A stretch of DNA of 64,000 nucleotides from Amoeboaphelidium protococcarum X5 (lineage: Eukaryota; Fungi; Aphelidiomycota): positions 1 through 64,000 of the forward strand of contig JALDTO010000156.1 in the NCBI GenBank assembly GCA_023515725.1, in the 5' to 3' direction. Below the pieces are notes generated by a model that was not told the origin of the DNA, did not search any database, and saw only the letters and a program-made list of their open reading frames with translations. Position numbers and translations under genes: made by a program. Below are positions 41,275 through 54,056 of this stretch, piece by piece; position 1 is the stretch's first letter, and every line of letters begins with the position of its first letter.

Positions 41275-41487
41275 TTTGGGAAATTTTGCGCTATTTTTAG
41301 TATGATCATAGAGTGATCAAAAGTAAAAATCGCAAGTGAAAAGATCAAAGCGCGCACGCCTCTTTGTCTCTTTTAGAATTTGTAAATCTGAAACGACGCG
41401 ACTGACAATCGAGTCATCATCTTATTTATAACTGAATTATATCATCATAATAATAAACTTCCTTTCGAAGAATTATATATAACCACA

Positions 41488-43092
41488 ATGGACCCTTTTA
41501 TGAACAATCGCTTGAACAAGAAGTAATCTTTGGATGAGCTTGATCCGCTTGCTTAGCGTCCTTAATAGTCTGAGTTTGGGTATGGATAAATGCAGATGCA
41601 ACCTCGATTCTAGGAGAACATGTCAAACTTTGGCAACGTTCAACCGCATCATTTGCCACCTGGAGCGACTCTGTTGCAGCAATAGGAATTCCGTAGTCAC
41701 TCACAATCTTAGAGCAAGTAGTAGTATTTTGGTGGCAATGGTGGAGCTATTGGCGGCAACATGAATCATTGTCATCAGTAGTCAAGCGAGTCTTTTAATC
41801 ATCAGTAGTTTTATGGGCAGCAATAAGGAGGAGCCGGTCAAGTTTAGAGTTAGAGCTTTAGTAATCAATCTTCCCACTAATACTCCTCGTATGGCCAACA
41901 GTATCCGCCAATTAACGCGAACACCCCTCCTCACCATGCACCTGGTAGATTGCTGATCTAAGTTGAAGATCAGCCATAACCTAGTCCAGCAGTGTATTCT
42001 CCACGCGTTGAAACGCCATAAACGACGGTGAACCATTATCCATAGACTATTAATAATAATGTTAGCAGAAGATCCAGTAGCTCTGGTCCGATGACTAATC
42101 TGCTGTCTCATGTTGATGGCTCAATGCTCTTGTAAGAAGTGTTTCTGCACACCTCGACTCTGAAGGATGGTCAAGAGCCGTCAATATCTGAAGAGGGTAT
42201 TCCATCGGCGATTGATCTGCAAGGTATTTGGGGTAAGAGGAATGGTACGATGTTGTTGAGTCTCAGATTGAAGAATGATCCCAGATTCGCTGTGAACGTT
42301 ACTGATTTCATAATGTCGTTTGGTAAGAATTGCTTTGGACTTACGGTGTAGTCTAATTACCATGAGATGATGCCTGAGAGTGGCGTGGTGCAAAGTGGTG
42401 AGACTTTTGGTGCTGTTCTAAAGTTGGACGTCTCGACTGAGAATCAGTTTGTAGATGACCCGCAGAATCTTCTCCAACTCCCTGTGCAGATTGTGTATAC
42501 AATCGTTGATGTGAGAAATCAGTCGAAATAGCGCAGATTGCATTTTAATGTGGAGACTTTAGTGCCGTTGCATATTTTCTATCTGGACCATCCTCAGCGC
42601 TAGCCTGTAAATGATGGTAGAAACAATGGTGTTGAAGATTTGACTACTCTCAGCACTAGTGATGATGGCCCAAGGATGACTTAATCTGCCTTCCTATCCT
42701 CATGGTAATCATTGTCCTCTCCCTCATCTTCGCACGCGTTTTCTGTGGATAAGATTCCATATGTTAGGTGGTGTAATCACTTTAAACATTTGTAGTGTCC
42801 GAATAAGAGCATGTTCATCTAGTCGGTCGTTGAGCATAAGCTTGCCATCAACAGACTATATCAAGTCGCCTCTAGACAAGTTCCAAGTGATGCAGGTGCA
42901 GTTTAGTACGTGCTTTACGGTTCGTTTAGAATTGGTATTGGTGCAGGTCAATTGGTCATGTCAGAGATAAGACTTACAGTGCCGGCTGATGTTTCAATGG
43001 AAGGCTCTGCCCAGGTGAATTTGAAAGGTCAGATTAATCCACATCTCTGGGCTGGCCTAGAAAGAAGTATCAGAGGAATTTTACTATCATGA
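41488..43092 (+). CDS. Stand-alone beta-adaptin appendage (ear) protein with Q/N/G/Y-rich N-terminus (534 aa)
   Basis: IDLQGIWGKRNGTMLLSLRLKN...TDFIMSFGKNCFGL; LVPLHIF; RMTQSAFLSSWQSL; VLYGSFRI...LVMSEIRL. These parallel the beta1/beta2 sandwich and platform subdomains. No trunk is present. Confidence 0.75.
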
Positions 43093-43336
43093 ATGAATGT
43101 TTGAATTAATTTGCTTTATCGTCATTGGATTTTTAGTTCTAAATTGCTTCTTTATTAAAGCATTCTCATTTAATACCTTTATATCATGGTTAGCAATTTT
43201 AGATACCTGTTCCGTCCATTTCTGTAGTCATAGCAATGGAACGAGATATTATAAGATCACAAAATTGCTTACGGCTTTATTTCACAAATGCTAGTAATAG
43301 AATACATACATTCTTGAGAGGAGAGTGCAGTTAAAA

Positions 43337-45271
43337 ATGGCAACAAGGGGAGAACATGTTGAGGTTATGCACTAGTTGTTGGATATTTTTATGAGAGATC
43401 AACAGGTGAACAGGGATCATATCTCGGTGTAAATTGATCGTGCCGTGTCTGTTCACTCAAACAATGTGTAAACACATGAACTTAGCGAGTAGATTGAGCA
43501 ATTCTTAATTAATCTCAGCGTTTGCTACCAGCTCTATGGTTGTCCTACTCATATCATTGAGATCAATATGGCCAAAGTTGCTCGCGGACTGGGTATGGAG
43601 GTTGATTTCGCAATATTTCCCTCATATAGTCTCATATCAGTCACCAAGAGTGAGTATGGCAAGTTGAGGAAGCACACAATGTACTTTACCACTTCCACGG
43701 GAATCGACATGTATAAGCTCTAGATGACTGATGAATTGGTCCGCCGCGTTCAAAGTTACTCCTCTGCTGAACCGCCAAAGAGTGTTACCACTGATGCTGC
43801 TGCACAGATTGTGGATTAGATTGCTAATGAAGTTCAGGCTTTAGAGACTGCCGATATCACAGACCTGGCCAACAGAGATGTTGTAGAGACGCCGAAACTA
43901 GACAGTGCCTCGATTAGATCTTTGTATCGGCACCCATCTGTAGCATCTGGTACTAGCATTGGAGGGCCCATGCTAAGGAGAAAAATACTGGACCTCGCCG
44001 CGTATGGACAAGGATTCTATTACAAGCAAAAAGCCAAACAACAGCAGTTGATGCAATCTATGCTTCCTGGACGCTCGAACGATATCCCTTTATAGCCGCT
44101 CAACTTGGAGGATCCTAATCACAAGTCGGGCGATGGCGACAATAGAAGCCAGTATGCCAAGATGTTTAGTTAATTAGCAGTCGAAGATGCAGCCACTACG
44201 CTTAATGAGATAAGAGCGGCAAGTCCATTGTACTCTAAGCCTGTTCAGTTGCTATTCAATAGTGTAAGCTCTGCCGGGTGCTGTGGTCTGTTTTTCGGTG
44301 GGAATTGGACAGATGTTCTTGTGACAACATTACTTGCTGCCGTAATATTTGGGATAAACTTGTTTGGCAGTCGCTTGTCAGCCTATAATCGTTTGAATGA
44401 ATGCTTCTCTGGCTTTTTGGCAGCTCTGATTACGCGTTTTGTTCACTATTGGATAACTCCTTTATGCTTCAAAGCCGTGGCGTTTAGTGCTTTCATTAAT
44501 TCTCTTAAGGGTGTGACTATCACATTGTCGATTGTTGAAATCATAACAAAGAACTACGTGTCCGGAACAGTTAGACTATTCTATGGCATAGTGATAAGTG
44601 CTTCAATTGGATTTGGTCTCGACGTGGCAACCAAATTGTTCGCTAGTATAATAGGCGTCACTAAACTGGAAGCGATGCAAATGTCTGTGTGTTCTGCTGA
44701 TCGAGGTGTATATAAGGCATTCTATCCTCTACTGTTTGTAATGGCAGCAACATCATTCAGTTTATCAATGAATTCCCATAGGGCGTAGTTGTTGCCTATG
44801 GTTGCTTGCTCAGCGTTGGGTTACATTACTGGGTTTTTATCAGATTCAGTTCTGAAATTGGGAATGTCTTTCTCGTCTATGAGCTCAGCCTTTGTGTTGG
44901 CCGTTATGTCCAATCTTTATGCCAGATACTCTGCAACTCCGCCCATTCTGTATGTGCTTTCTGGTTTGGTGATGCTTGTACCTGGATCTTTGGCAGTTAC
45001 GTCCTTCTTCACCTACTTCAGTCAGACGGACGACACGGGTGGTATACAGATGTCGCTGACTTTTATAGAACTAGCACTGGCTCTGTCTATTGGCATCTTT
45101 ATGGGATCTTTAGTAGTTCCCAATGAGGACACTATAAACTGGTTGAAGAGGTTCGATAAGAAGCGACTTGGACGATTCCGCTCTCGGGACCATAACTCTC
45201 CTCCAGACCAACTTGATCCTGCATCTAATCCGCCTAACAAGATTCATAAAACCTCTAGCCTGATATTTTGA
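43337..45271 (+). CDS. ThrE/PRM10-family multi-pass transporter
   Basis: LYGCPTHIIE; FFGGNWTD; VSGTVRLFY; LVMLVPGSLAV; about 10 TM segments. Confidence 0.82.
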
Positions 45272-45449
45272 CATTTTATGAACTAATAAATTCATGAACT
45301 AATTGTTTTGAATAATTTTGCATTGTGGCGTTAATATCTAGTGGCGCTATCACTGTTATTTCTCACGCGACACTTTACTTGTTCATTTCGCTTCTTACAG
45401 CTCACTTTGATCTCACAATCTTCTAGGTGTTAAACTATTATTGCGTAAG

Positions 45450-46553
45450 ATGTTGAGTGCAAAGACTATGTTAGAGATAATGACATGGTTCGCTCCGTCT
45501 TGGCTAGTGTTGACATGCTTCCTAGTTGGTTATCTGTCGATCTCTGTATACTTGGGTATGAACTTTGTGCAGTGGCTGTATAAAGATCAAGATCTGCGTC
45601 AAATGTACAAGACTGCTGAAGGCGCCAAGTGCTGGGCCATTGTCACGGGTGCATCTTCTGGCATTGGTAAGGCAATTGCTGAAAAGCTAGCTGAGTAAAA
45701 CGTCAATGTCATAATGATTGCTTTTCCTGATGCTATCTTGGACGAAAGTTTCATAGAAATCACTTCCAGATTTCCTCAAGTTGAATTTAGGAAAATTGCA
45801 TTAGATCTTGGTGCCACTGATCCGAAGTCATACTTGGATCCTGTCGATGAGGTAATGACTGGAGTTGCGCTGGCTGGTGGGGAAGTTCGAATGCTATTCA
45901 ATAATGCCGGATACATTGTACCGGGATTATTTTCGCAGATACCGCTGGAGAAGCATATGAACAATGTCAACTGCAATGCTTCGGCAATGATAGCCATAAC
46001 TCACCGCGTTCTCTAGACAATGATCAAACTGCCAGTGATGAGCGATGGGAAGCGCGGTCTGATCTCCTTCACCTCTTCATCAGCTGGCTTTCTGCCGTGT
46101 CCTATCTCTAGCATATATGGATGTACTAAGACGTTGATGACTAGTTTCGCTGCCGCGCTGTCTGTTGAACTTTAAGTTTCAGATACCAATATTGACGTGA
46201 TCTGTGTGCATCCTTCACCTATTCGCACCAACTTTTACGACAATGCCAAAGATGTATCTTTAATCACTGCTTTTAAGTGGACTGCATTGGCCCCATCAAC
46301 TATTGCAGATGTCATTTTCAAATCCGCTGGCAAGTGTGTAATCTACGATCAAGGATACTTTTCTATTGGTATGAAGTTACTTTTGAAAGTTTTAGATTGG
46401 AATTTGTTGGCGGAGATTAGCGGGCTCTTTATGAAGAACAATGCTGATGTTAAGCGAATGCGCGCGCGAGGTTTGACAGTTAAGGACGTCAGTTTGCAGA
46501 GACCAAGTCTTTCGGTACAATAAGACACTTTAAGTAACAAGAAGGAAGAATGA
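45450..46553 (+). CDS. SDR, very-long-chain 3-oxoacyl-CoA reductase/17beta-HSD12-like
   Basis: WAIVTGASSGIGKAIA; LFNNAG; catalytic YGCTK; N-terminal TM. Confidence 0.88.
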
Positions 46554-46950
46554 AATATCCCAGTGTAATATTGATACTGTTCATTGCACTTGATCTTAAC
46601 TTTTGAACCTTGTCGCGTCATCCGTGCTTCATATAGAGCACATGTTTGTTTAAGTTTCAGTAAATCTGTAACAATTATTTTTCGTACTTCGTATGGTTTA
46701 CAAGTTCAACTGAGACTCATTTGAAAACTTCATCTTACATGAAATAGAGAGAGAGAAAAAAGATGTGAAAAATACGAGCGTTGGTAGATACGGTGTTGTT
46801 TGTTAAGCTGGGTGCCGGTAGGCAAGGTGAAGATGGCATGATACTCTACCTGATACAACAACATCTTTTAAATTTTTAATTTAAACCAGCTAAAAGTTTA
46901 CACCCAAATTATAGTTTTAGTTATAACACTTTACTTAATTATCAATTATA

Positions 46951-47803
46951 ATGTCTGACGGTACGTATTAAATTTCTGTTCCATTCACAATGATAGAGTA
47001 ATGCTTGTAGAGATTAGAGATTTTGACGAATAGCTGACCGACATCATCGGCGAGATTAGAAACACATTGACTGTGGCTGTACCCAAATTGCAAGGCAAGG
47101 CTAAAGTAGAGGTGAGAGCTATTTTGACTGAATTCCCTTTGTAAAATCTTATTCTATCATATTGAAACAAATTTTGTAGAAATGCGAATATCTCAAAAAT
47201 CGTATCAACAGAGCCAGGCAAGTTTTGAAATCCTTCAATGTTGAACTGAGAGAGCTGAGTCGTGAGTCTGCAAAGCCATGGGAAGAGAAAGCTAGAACGT
47301 TTGATCAAGAGATCACCAAGTTGAATGACGATCTTAGTTGGGCAATGACCTCTGCCGAGCGAGATGATCTGTTCAATAAGCCGACGCGAAATGCTGATTA
47401 GATGACAGCGAAGGAGCTAGTAGATCACGCATCCAATGTCTAGAAAGAGTCCAAGTAGTCGACTGAGAGGACTAAACAAGTTTTGTAGCACACCATTGAT
47501 GTGGGAACAAAGACGAACGAGGTGTTGAAAGAATAGACTGTCCAGCTTGAGACTATTGATCAAAATGTCGATCTGATTGAATCGAATCTGACAAGAGCCG
47601 ATAAGTAGATCCGAATCTTTTTGAGACGCATGGCCACAGATAAAGTCATTCTGGCAATGGTACTGCTAGTCATTATTGCAATCATTACTACAATAGTGGT
47701 TGCGATTGTCAGAAGTAAGATTAGTGGTTAGCCCATTGGAGGTGCCTCGGATATTTTCAACACGGGTTCAACGGGTAATGCCACGGTATTTGGATTCAGA
47801 TGA
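46951..47803 (+). CDS. NPSN: Qb-SNARE, NPSN (novel plant SNARE)-like; introns 46961-47010, 47112-47179
   Basis: Habc region, then SNARE motif TIDVGTKTNEVLKEQTVQL...RRMATDKVI, then TM. Confidence 0.75.
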
Positions 47804-48488
47804 GTTGATTCGAATAGTATAGACGACTGATGATTGATGATTTAATATAAAAATAGACGTGTTTTAAAGCAATTGTAATATTTTGACCGACTGTGAAGTG
47901 TCCATCAATAATTGCCTTGACAACGTCTTTGGTTTAACGGGGTTGGGTGCAAATACACAACAGACTATCAAGCAGCAAGAACATTTAAGCTTTGTGGCGT
48001 ATGAATTGGGAAATGCGACCGCCTTGATGACTCATTTATAAAGCCGGAAAAGAGTAAAAGCGTTTTGCATTTTGGCCGCGGGTAAAGATTAAAGCGGTTC
48101 AGAAGAAGAAGGCAAGCAGCAGCACAAAAGCAATGATGTTCACGCAAACTACAACAAATCAATAAATAAGACCACTTCATACTAAGCAGCAGAGGCGTTA
48201 ATTACTGATAAGTTGTAGTTTGACTACATCAACAAGAGATTAAATCGTTATTGTAGTATTGGCTCAAATGGCGTTGGCCAATGCAATCATGCATTTGTAA
48301 AAAGCCCAATCGGCCGGAATTAGGCGAAAAAGAAATCGAAATACAAATGAGGAGTGTTTACAATCGTAGCAACAAAAAATTCGGGTGGCGCAAAGAGACA
48401 GCCAATCAAGAATGAAAATAACTGTTTAAGACTGACCAATCGACAGAATATATTTAAATTCGATTATCTATAAATCACCAATCATCTC

Positions 48489-51400
48489 TCAAGATTTTTA
48501 CGACAATTCCACCGACGGGTCGAGGCCCAGTATATCTTCAAGTCCAACTTCTTGATTCGAAACGTCTCCCGCGGTATTTACTACACTTGATCCTGATTAT
48601 GACACAGGAGGAGCTTTAGGAAGATGGTTAGTAGATCGACCTGCAGAGCCAGGAAGTGCAACATAAGACGAGCTCTACGATTTTCGAGAATGCTACGGTG
48701 ACAAGCCGGCGTCATTAGTATCATCTGTTTTCTTCCTGAAAGCTCTCAGTAAACTATTTCTAGATTTTGTAGCCTGTGCATTAGTAGCATTACCAACGTT
48801 TAACAGCTCCTCAGGTGGACCGCTATTTAAAAAATCTAGAAAGCTTTACGTGTTCTCCCTCTTCTTAAGTTTTGCATCTTCTTCATCATCCTCTTCATCG
48901 CTGTCAGCAAGGCGAGTTGAAGACAGACGATTTTTACCGCTATCAATTCTTGGACGCAGACGAAGCATGGCAGGTGAGCTTTAAGTGCGAACTCTCTCAG
49001 AATGCCATTGCTACAAGTCATCAACATCTTCCGCAGAACCAGCATTCTTTATTTCTTGACTCGACGCCTAGGTAGCATTGACTCTGACACTTGATGGGCT
49101 AGACTTCTCCAGAGTCTCATTAGAGTGTGCATTGCTCTCAATTTTATCACTAGATAAGCTAATACGAGTGGTGGAAACGCTCTATTGATCAGGTGCTTGA
49201 CCGGCATCTGTCTCTTAAACGGATATATCTGATACCTCTGAAGTATTAGAAATGATATTAATATCAGATCCGTAAGAAGTGGCAGGAGTCTGATCATTGA
49301 TTTTCAACATCACTGGCACAAACGCCTTCTGTTCATCCTTGGCAGCAGAAACCGACTTGATATCGTCATCAATAACATCAACTGTGATTTAAGGCTGTAA
49401 CGCGGATCCTTTAACCTGCTCGCCGGATAGCTACTCGGCACCAGCATCAGAGATCTAACTGCTAGGCTTCTTTGAAACTTCTTCCTATGGCATAACGGCA
49501 GCGCTCTTCCGAACACTACTGAAATGACGACCGAAAAGCCCAATATGACCAGAGGGTGACTGCTATTCTTTAACATCGGCAGAGTTCTGCTCCTCCTTGT
49601 CTCTAATTAAACTTTACCTTTTACTGGATGCACTTTGTCCGCCATCCTCTTGCGAATCTGCAGTTGACACAGACTTCTTTCCTTACAGAGAGTCTTTGGT
49701 CGGACTACTAGACACGGTAGATGCCTCCATAACTGAGTTTTTACGCATAGAAGGCCTAGCTGAGATTTTGCCTTTGACTTCATCATTAAAATCGCGCAGA
49801 AGCTATTCCATCAAACCAGTGTATGTTCTATTGTGTAAGGTCTTGAACTTGGATGCTTCAAAAGCCGCATTTTCAGCACTGATCAACTTGGCTATGAGAA
49901 AATCACCAAACTGTTTCTTGTCATCATCAGTCTAAATCAGATAGACAGGAGGATCACACAGAGAAGGCTAGTAATTGGGTACCTCAATATTAGATGTTGC
50001 GTACACGCGATATCCAACACAATTCAAACTATCACTGGATAGGCCAGGCTTCAAAACTTGTACAATACTAGGATCAACTTTCACTTCTTACACCACAACG
50101 TACACATGAAGAAATTGGCTCTTGATCTGCTTGGGATCGAATGGAGTTTTAACAAGCCAGTCGTTCGCAGATGCAGTGTCCCCTTAAGAAGAGTCTAGGA
50201 ACACGAGCGACACTAAATCATTGCCAATATGACGCTTCCTCTAAATCTATTACTCATCTCCAGGAGTGAACGGCAAAAGAGTGCTCACATGATACATGAT
50301 TTCAAAAGTAATATCATCTTCGCAGTTAAACGGCTCTTCACCATCGCCGAGTAACGGGAGAGGAGCCTGTCCGACAGGATTGAATCTCCACTTGGTGTAA
50401 ATAGACTTTTCTCCAGTATTGCCATTTCTAGTGTCCAAACCACCGGCAAAACCTTAATGTCCTTTCAAATTTATAGTCTCTCCCAATATACTACAAAAAG
50501 AAAGATAAGAGTCGGAGACCTTGACGTTATTGAACCATTCGCTTTCATTAGACTAACCATCGACAACATACAGTAGACCAAACTTGTAATTAAATGCAGT
50601 TTTATGCTCATCCAGCTACACCAGCGCCTTCTCAAGCTTCTAACATCTGTCATCATACGAATCCATATCAACATCGAATCGGCGCAATTTAGACATATCC
50701 AACTTGGGATGTATCATGGAAAAGAGAGCTTTGTACATTCTCTCTGACGCACCCTTCTCTTTCTGGTCATCATCCTTCTTACTGCCGAATATATTGAGAC
50801 GTGAAGCAGTCGGTAGATCAGATTCAGGAATAAGCAAATGCGTCAACTGCCCAAGATAATTCTTGCAGCGGAAGAGAACTCTAAAGTAATAGCTGCCTTA
50901 TCCTGTAATTGCAGAAGAATCATTGGCATTACCATTTAGCTTCTAATCAAACTAAGTGAGAGGAGACTGTTGTAAATCGTCCTATTTGACAAGCATTTCC
51001 CTCTTCACACTAATAGCCACCTCACCAAATCTCTCAGTCATACCGATATAGTTACGGTGATCCGTGCCTTGAAAGTAGCATCTATACGCTAGAGCATCAA
51101 CATCGAAATACTCTATAGGATACAAATTCACTCCATCCTCATTAATATCCATCTTACTCTGACTAGAAAAGTGTCTGTTACGCGACGAATTAAGCATTGA
51201 GCTCATAGATTTACTAACAATATACTGAGGCTTAGCATTCAGAAACACCTCATTCTTCACTTTACCAGATAAGCTTTAACTACGCACCAAGCGATCATGA
51301 AAATGTTCTCTCAGAGAGCCTTCATCAAAATCCAGCGCCTTCTCCTTGTCCAACTCATGACTTTCCATCCCATACAATTGAAGCCAGGCAGGCATAGCCA

Positions 51401-52976
51401 AAAGACTTACAGCTTCAATCTTCCAGCCGGCAACACTCAGAATAGGCAGCATCTAGCCCGACTTCAGAAAAGCTGCGATACAGGACAGCGCCGCACTGAT
51501 AACACCAGAACAGGCTTTTCGCGCCTTCTGAGCACTCTTTTTAGCTTCGTTCTCACGGTCCTTGGCGGGAATCTTATCCAAAATCTGATCCTACTTAAGA
51601 CACGCTTCAGCATCAATAATAGCACGCTTCAGAGCTTTCACATCATTATTAGGATTCTCGCCAAGAGTGGCTGCAATCTCATTAGCAGCGGAAAGAAAAT
51701 CCTTGACCACAATCATGCAATAATCAAAGGGAAACTCCTCTGAACCATTATTGGAGGAATCCCGGTCCACATTCGGCTTATCATGCAGAATCAATTTGTA
51801 TAGATCAGTCACAGCATAAGACCAACTATCGTACACCATGCAAATTTCATCCGCAATCATCGCTATAATTCTGTACAATCTATACAATCCTTGAACTCTA
51901 TCTACAGGACCACTCTATTACTTCAATGACTGCCCAATCTGCGTGATGGATGTACTCAGTTTACGCCGACCATAAGAAGCCATGGCCAGATTAGTCTCCG
52001 CACGCCTGGATGTAGAGTTTCTCTTCTTATTATTCACCGCCTTAGATCTAGTCAATGATGGCTTCTTACCATTACTCCCTTCAGCGACAACATCTTTACT
52101 CTCCTACTACTCCTGTTGCTGCATAAGTAAGAAAGACTTGCGTCTTGCTCTAGCGCCTGGTGATTTATCGTTTGGATTATCGAGCGGACTAAGAGCTGCC
52201 ACATTCAAAGTGTTTAGTTAAGTCTTCTTATCGTGAACACTAGAGTTCACATTCGCAGCAACAGCCGGTTTAGCCTTGGATTCCTATGTGCCATGAATAA
52301 CCTTTTCAATACCACGAGCTAGATTATCTGCCGACTTGCGAAGGGAAAAAGAGTTGTTGGAGGTGCTGAGATTATTTGATTACGGCGATGACTCTTCGAA
52401 TCTCTCTGCAATTTTCTAAACCGAAGACTTTGGGAATCCAAACGTGGTGGTCTTTGATTAACCAGCGCCAATCTTGCCAGCTCCGTAAGCGCGACTCAAT
52501 AAATCTTAATGACTACCAGTGACAGCGTCCGATTTCGGAGCAATCGTCCCGGGTTAATCACTCAGCGATACCTTTGACTAGTACTTTGACGCCAGCTTGT
52601 CGAGCTCTTCAATAGAAGCACTTTAATCAATCGATTGCCTCTATCGCTGTTACTATTACTACAGCTATTATTATTACTACTAATCTTTTACAACCATTTT
52701 AATCTAGTTGATATCAGGTTTCGGTGCCAGCTTCATAGGCGGGGCAGACAGTGGCTAGTTGGAAATCTGAGGAGTATCAGATCCAGTTGTAGCAGCTCGA
52801 GTCATAACCGCAGCCATTGATCTTCTTCTATTCATGCTAGAGCTTTGCGATTCCTAAGTATCAACAGATAAACTCTATGCAAGGGCATTATTGTCCTCCG
52901 CAGCACTTTACATGGTTTTCTACTATCCCATCTCTGAAAAGCGTCTTGGACTATTCTAGCTTTAATCCGGATCCAT
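48489..52976 (-). CDS. Rap/Ran-GAP domain protein (about 1495 aa)
   Basis: NYKFGLLY; FAGGLDTRNGNTGEKSIY; FEIMYHVSTLLPF; RKRHIGNDLV; SQFLHVYVVV. Confidence 0.92.
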
Positions 52977-54056
52977 CCTTCACTTACGACACTTGAATTT
53001 ACTATTTACTGGATTCGAATTTAAAAGAGATAAAGACAGTGTATTATCGTAAAGATACACTACTGTATAATGATGAATTATGGATAAACCAAGTGCCAGT
53101 TTCAGCTGAAAATATAAAGTTGAATTTGATAACAAAGTCAACCCGTTGTCAAGAACGGACTTCTACTGAGGAAGACTCGCACACACACACACACTGCTAC
53201 GATAAGAAAGATCCGGCCTCGTTTAGTACTGAAGCGTCAAACAACGGAAGAAATTATTATGTGAACGGCATTTGTTAAAAGCCACAATGGATTGATTTTA
53301 CAATACACCGCTGGGAAATTTTTGAGATGGCGAATACAGAGACGACAGAGCCAAGATTCTACCGGAGATATTCAGAACCGCGTTTGAGTGTTTTATTCCA
53401 TAACATCGTGGTTTAAGTGTATGCCAACGTTGAATAAGCTTCTTACATCACGATTTATTGTAATCATTAATATACTCAACTTGTGATAGATACAAAGTAG
53501 CTAGAAAACACCGCGCTAATCTCATAGTGCGCAAGTGATCAAACAAACAAAAGCAGACAAGAATTTAAAAACTGTAGAAATAAAGCCAGCAGTCATTGAA
53601 ATAATTCAAATATAACAAGGCGCGCATACTGCTACAAGTGAACGCCTTCTTTTCCGCCAACAAACCTAAAACAGTCCCCTTAATGTTTTGTAACAACGGC
53701 GGTCGCTTTGACTCTCACTCTGTTCTGTTTGACAGAGGGGCACGCCGACTGAAATCATCGCGCCGCCCGTCGTCGCTCTCTCTCTTATCTTTTCCTCCTC
53801 TCTGTCCAACCTCAGGCGAAACGAAACGAAACGACAACAACAACAACAACAGAAGGCGCTTTCTTTCTTTAGACGGTTATCTCTGGCATACACACTCACA
53901 CACACACATACTGAAGATACACATACAGTCGTATTATTCACTCACTCACTCTTAATACAGTTATCAAATTGTTGAAAGTTCTGGGGATTCCTTTATAATC
54001 TAATAAATTATACTACTAATTATTAATTCATCAAGACATCATACAAGAAGTAAAGT

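Noticed and set aside
46790-46866. Possible structured ncRNA or snoRNA upstream of the SNARE gene
   Set aside because: There is only a short imperfect GTTGTT/AACAAC stem and partial box motifs, which is not enough without an Rfam search.
47931-47950. GGGGTTGGG as a telomerase-template or interstitial telomere
   Set aside because: It matches neither CCCTAA nor CCCTG units and is too short.
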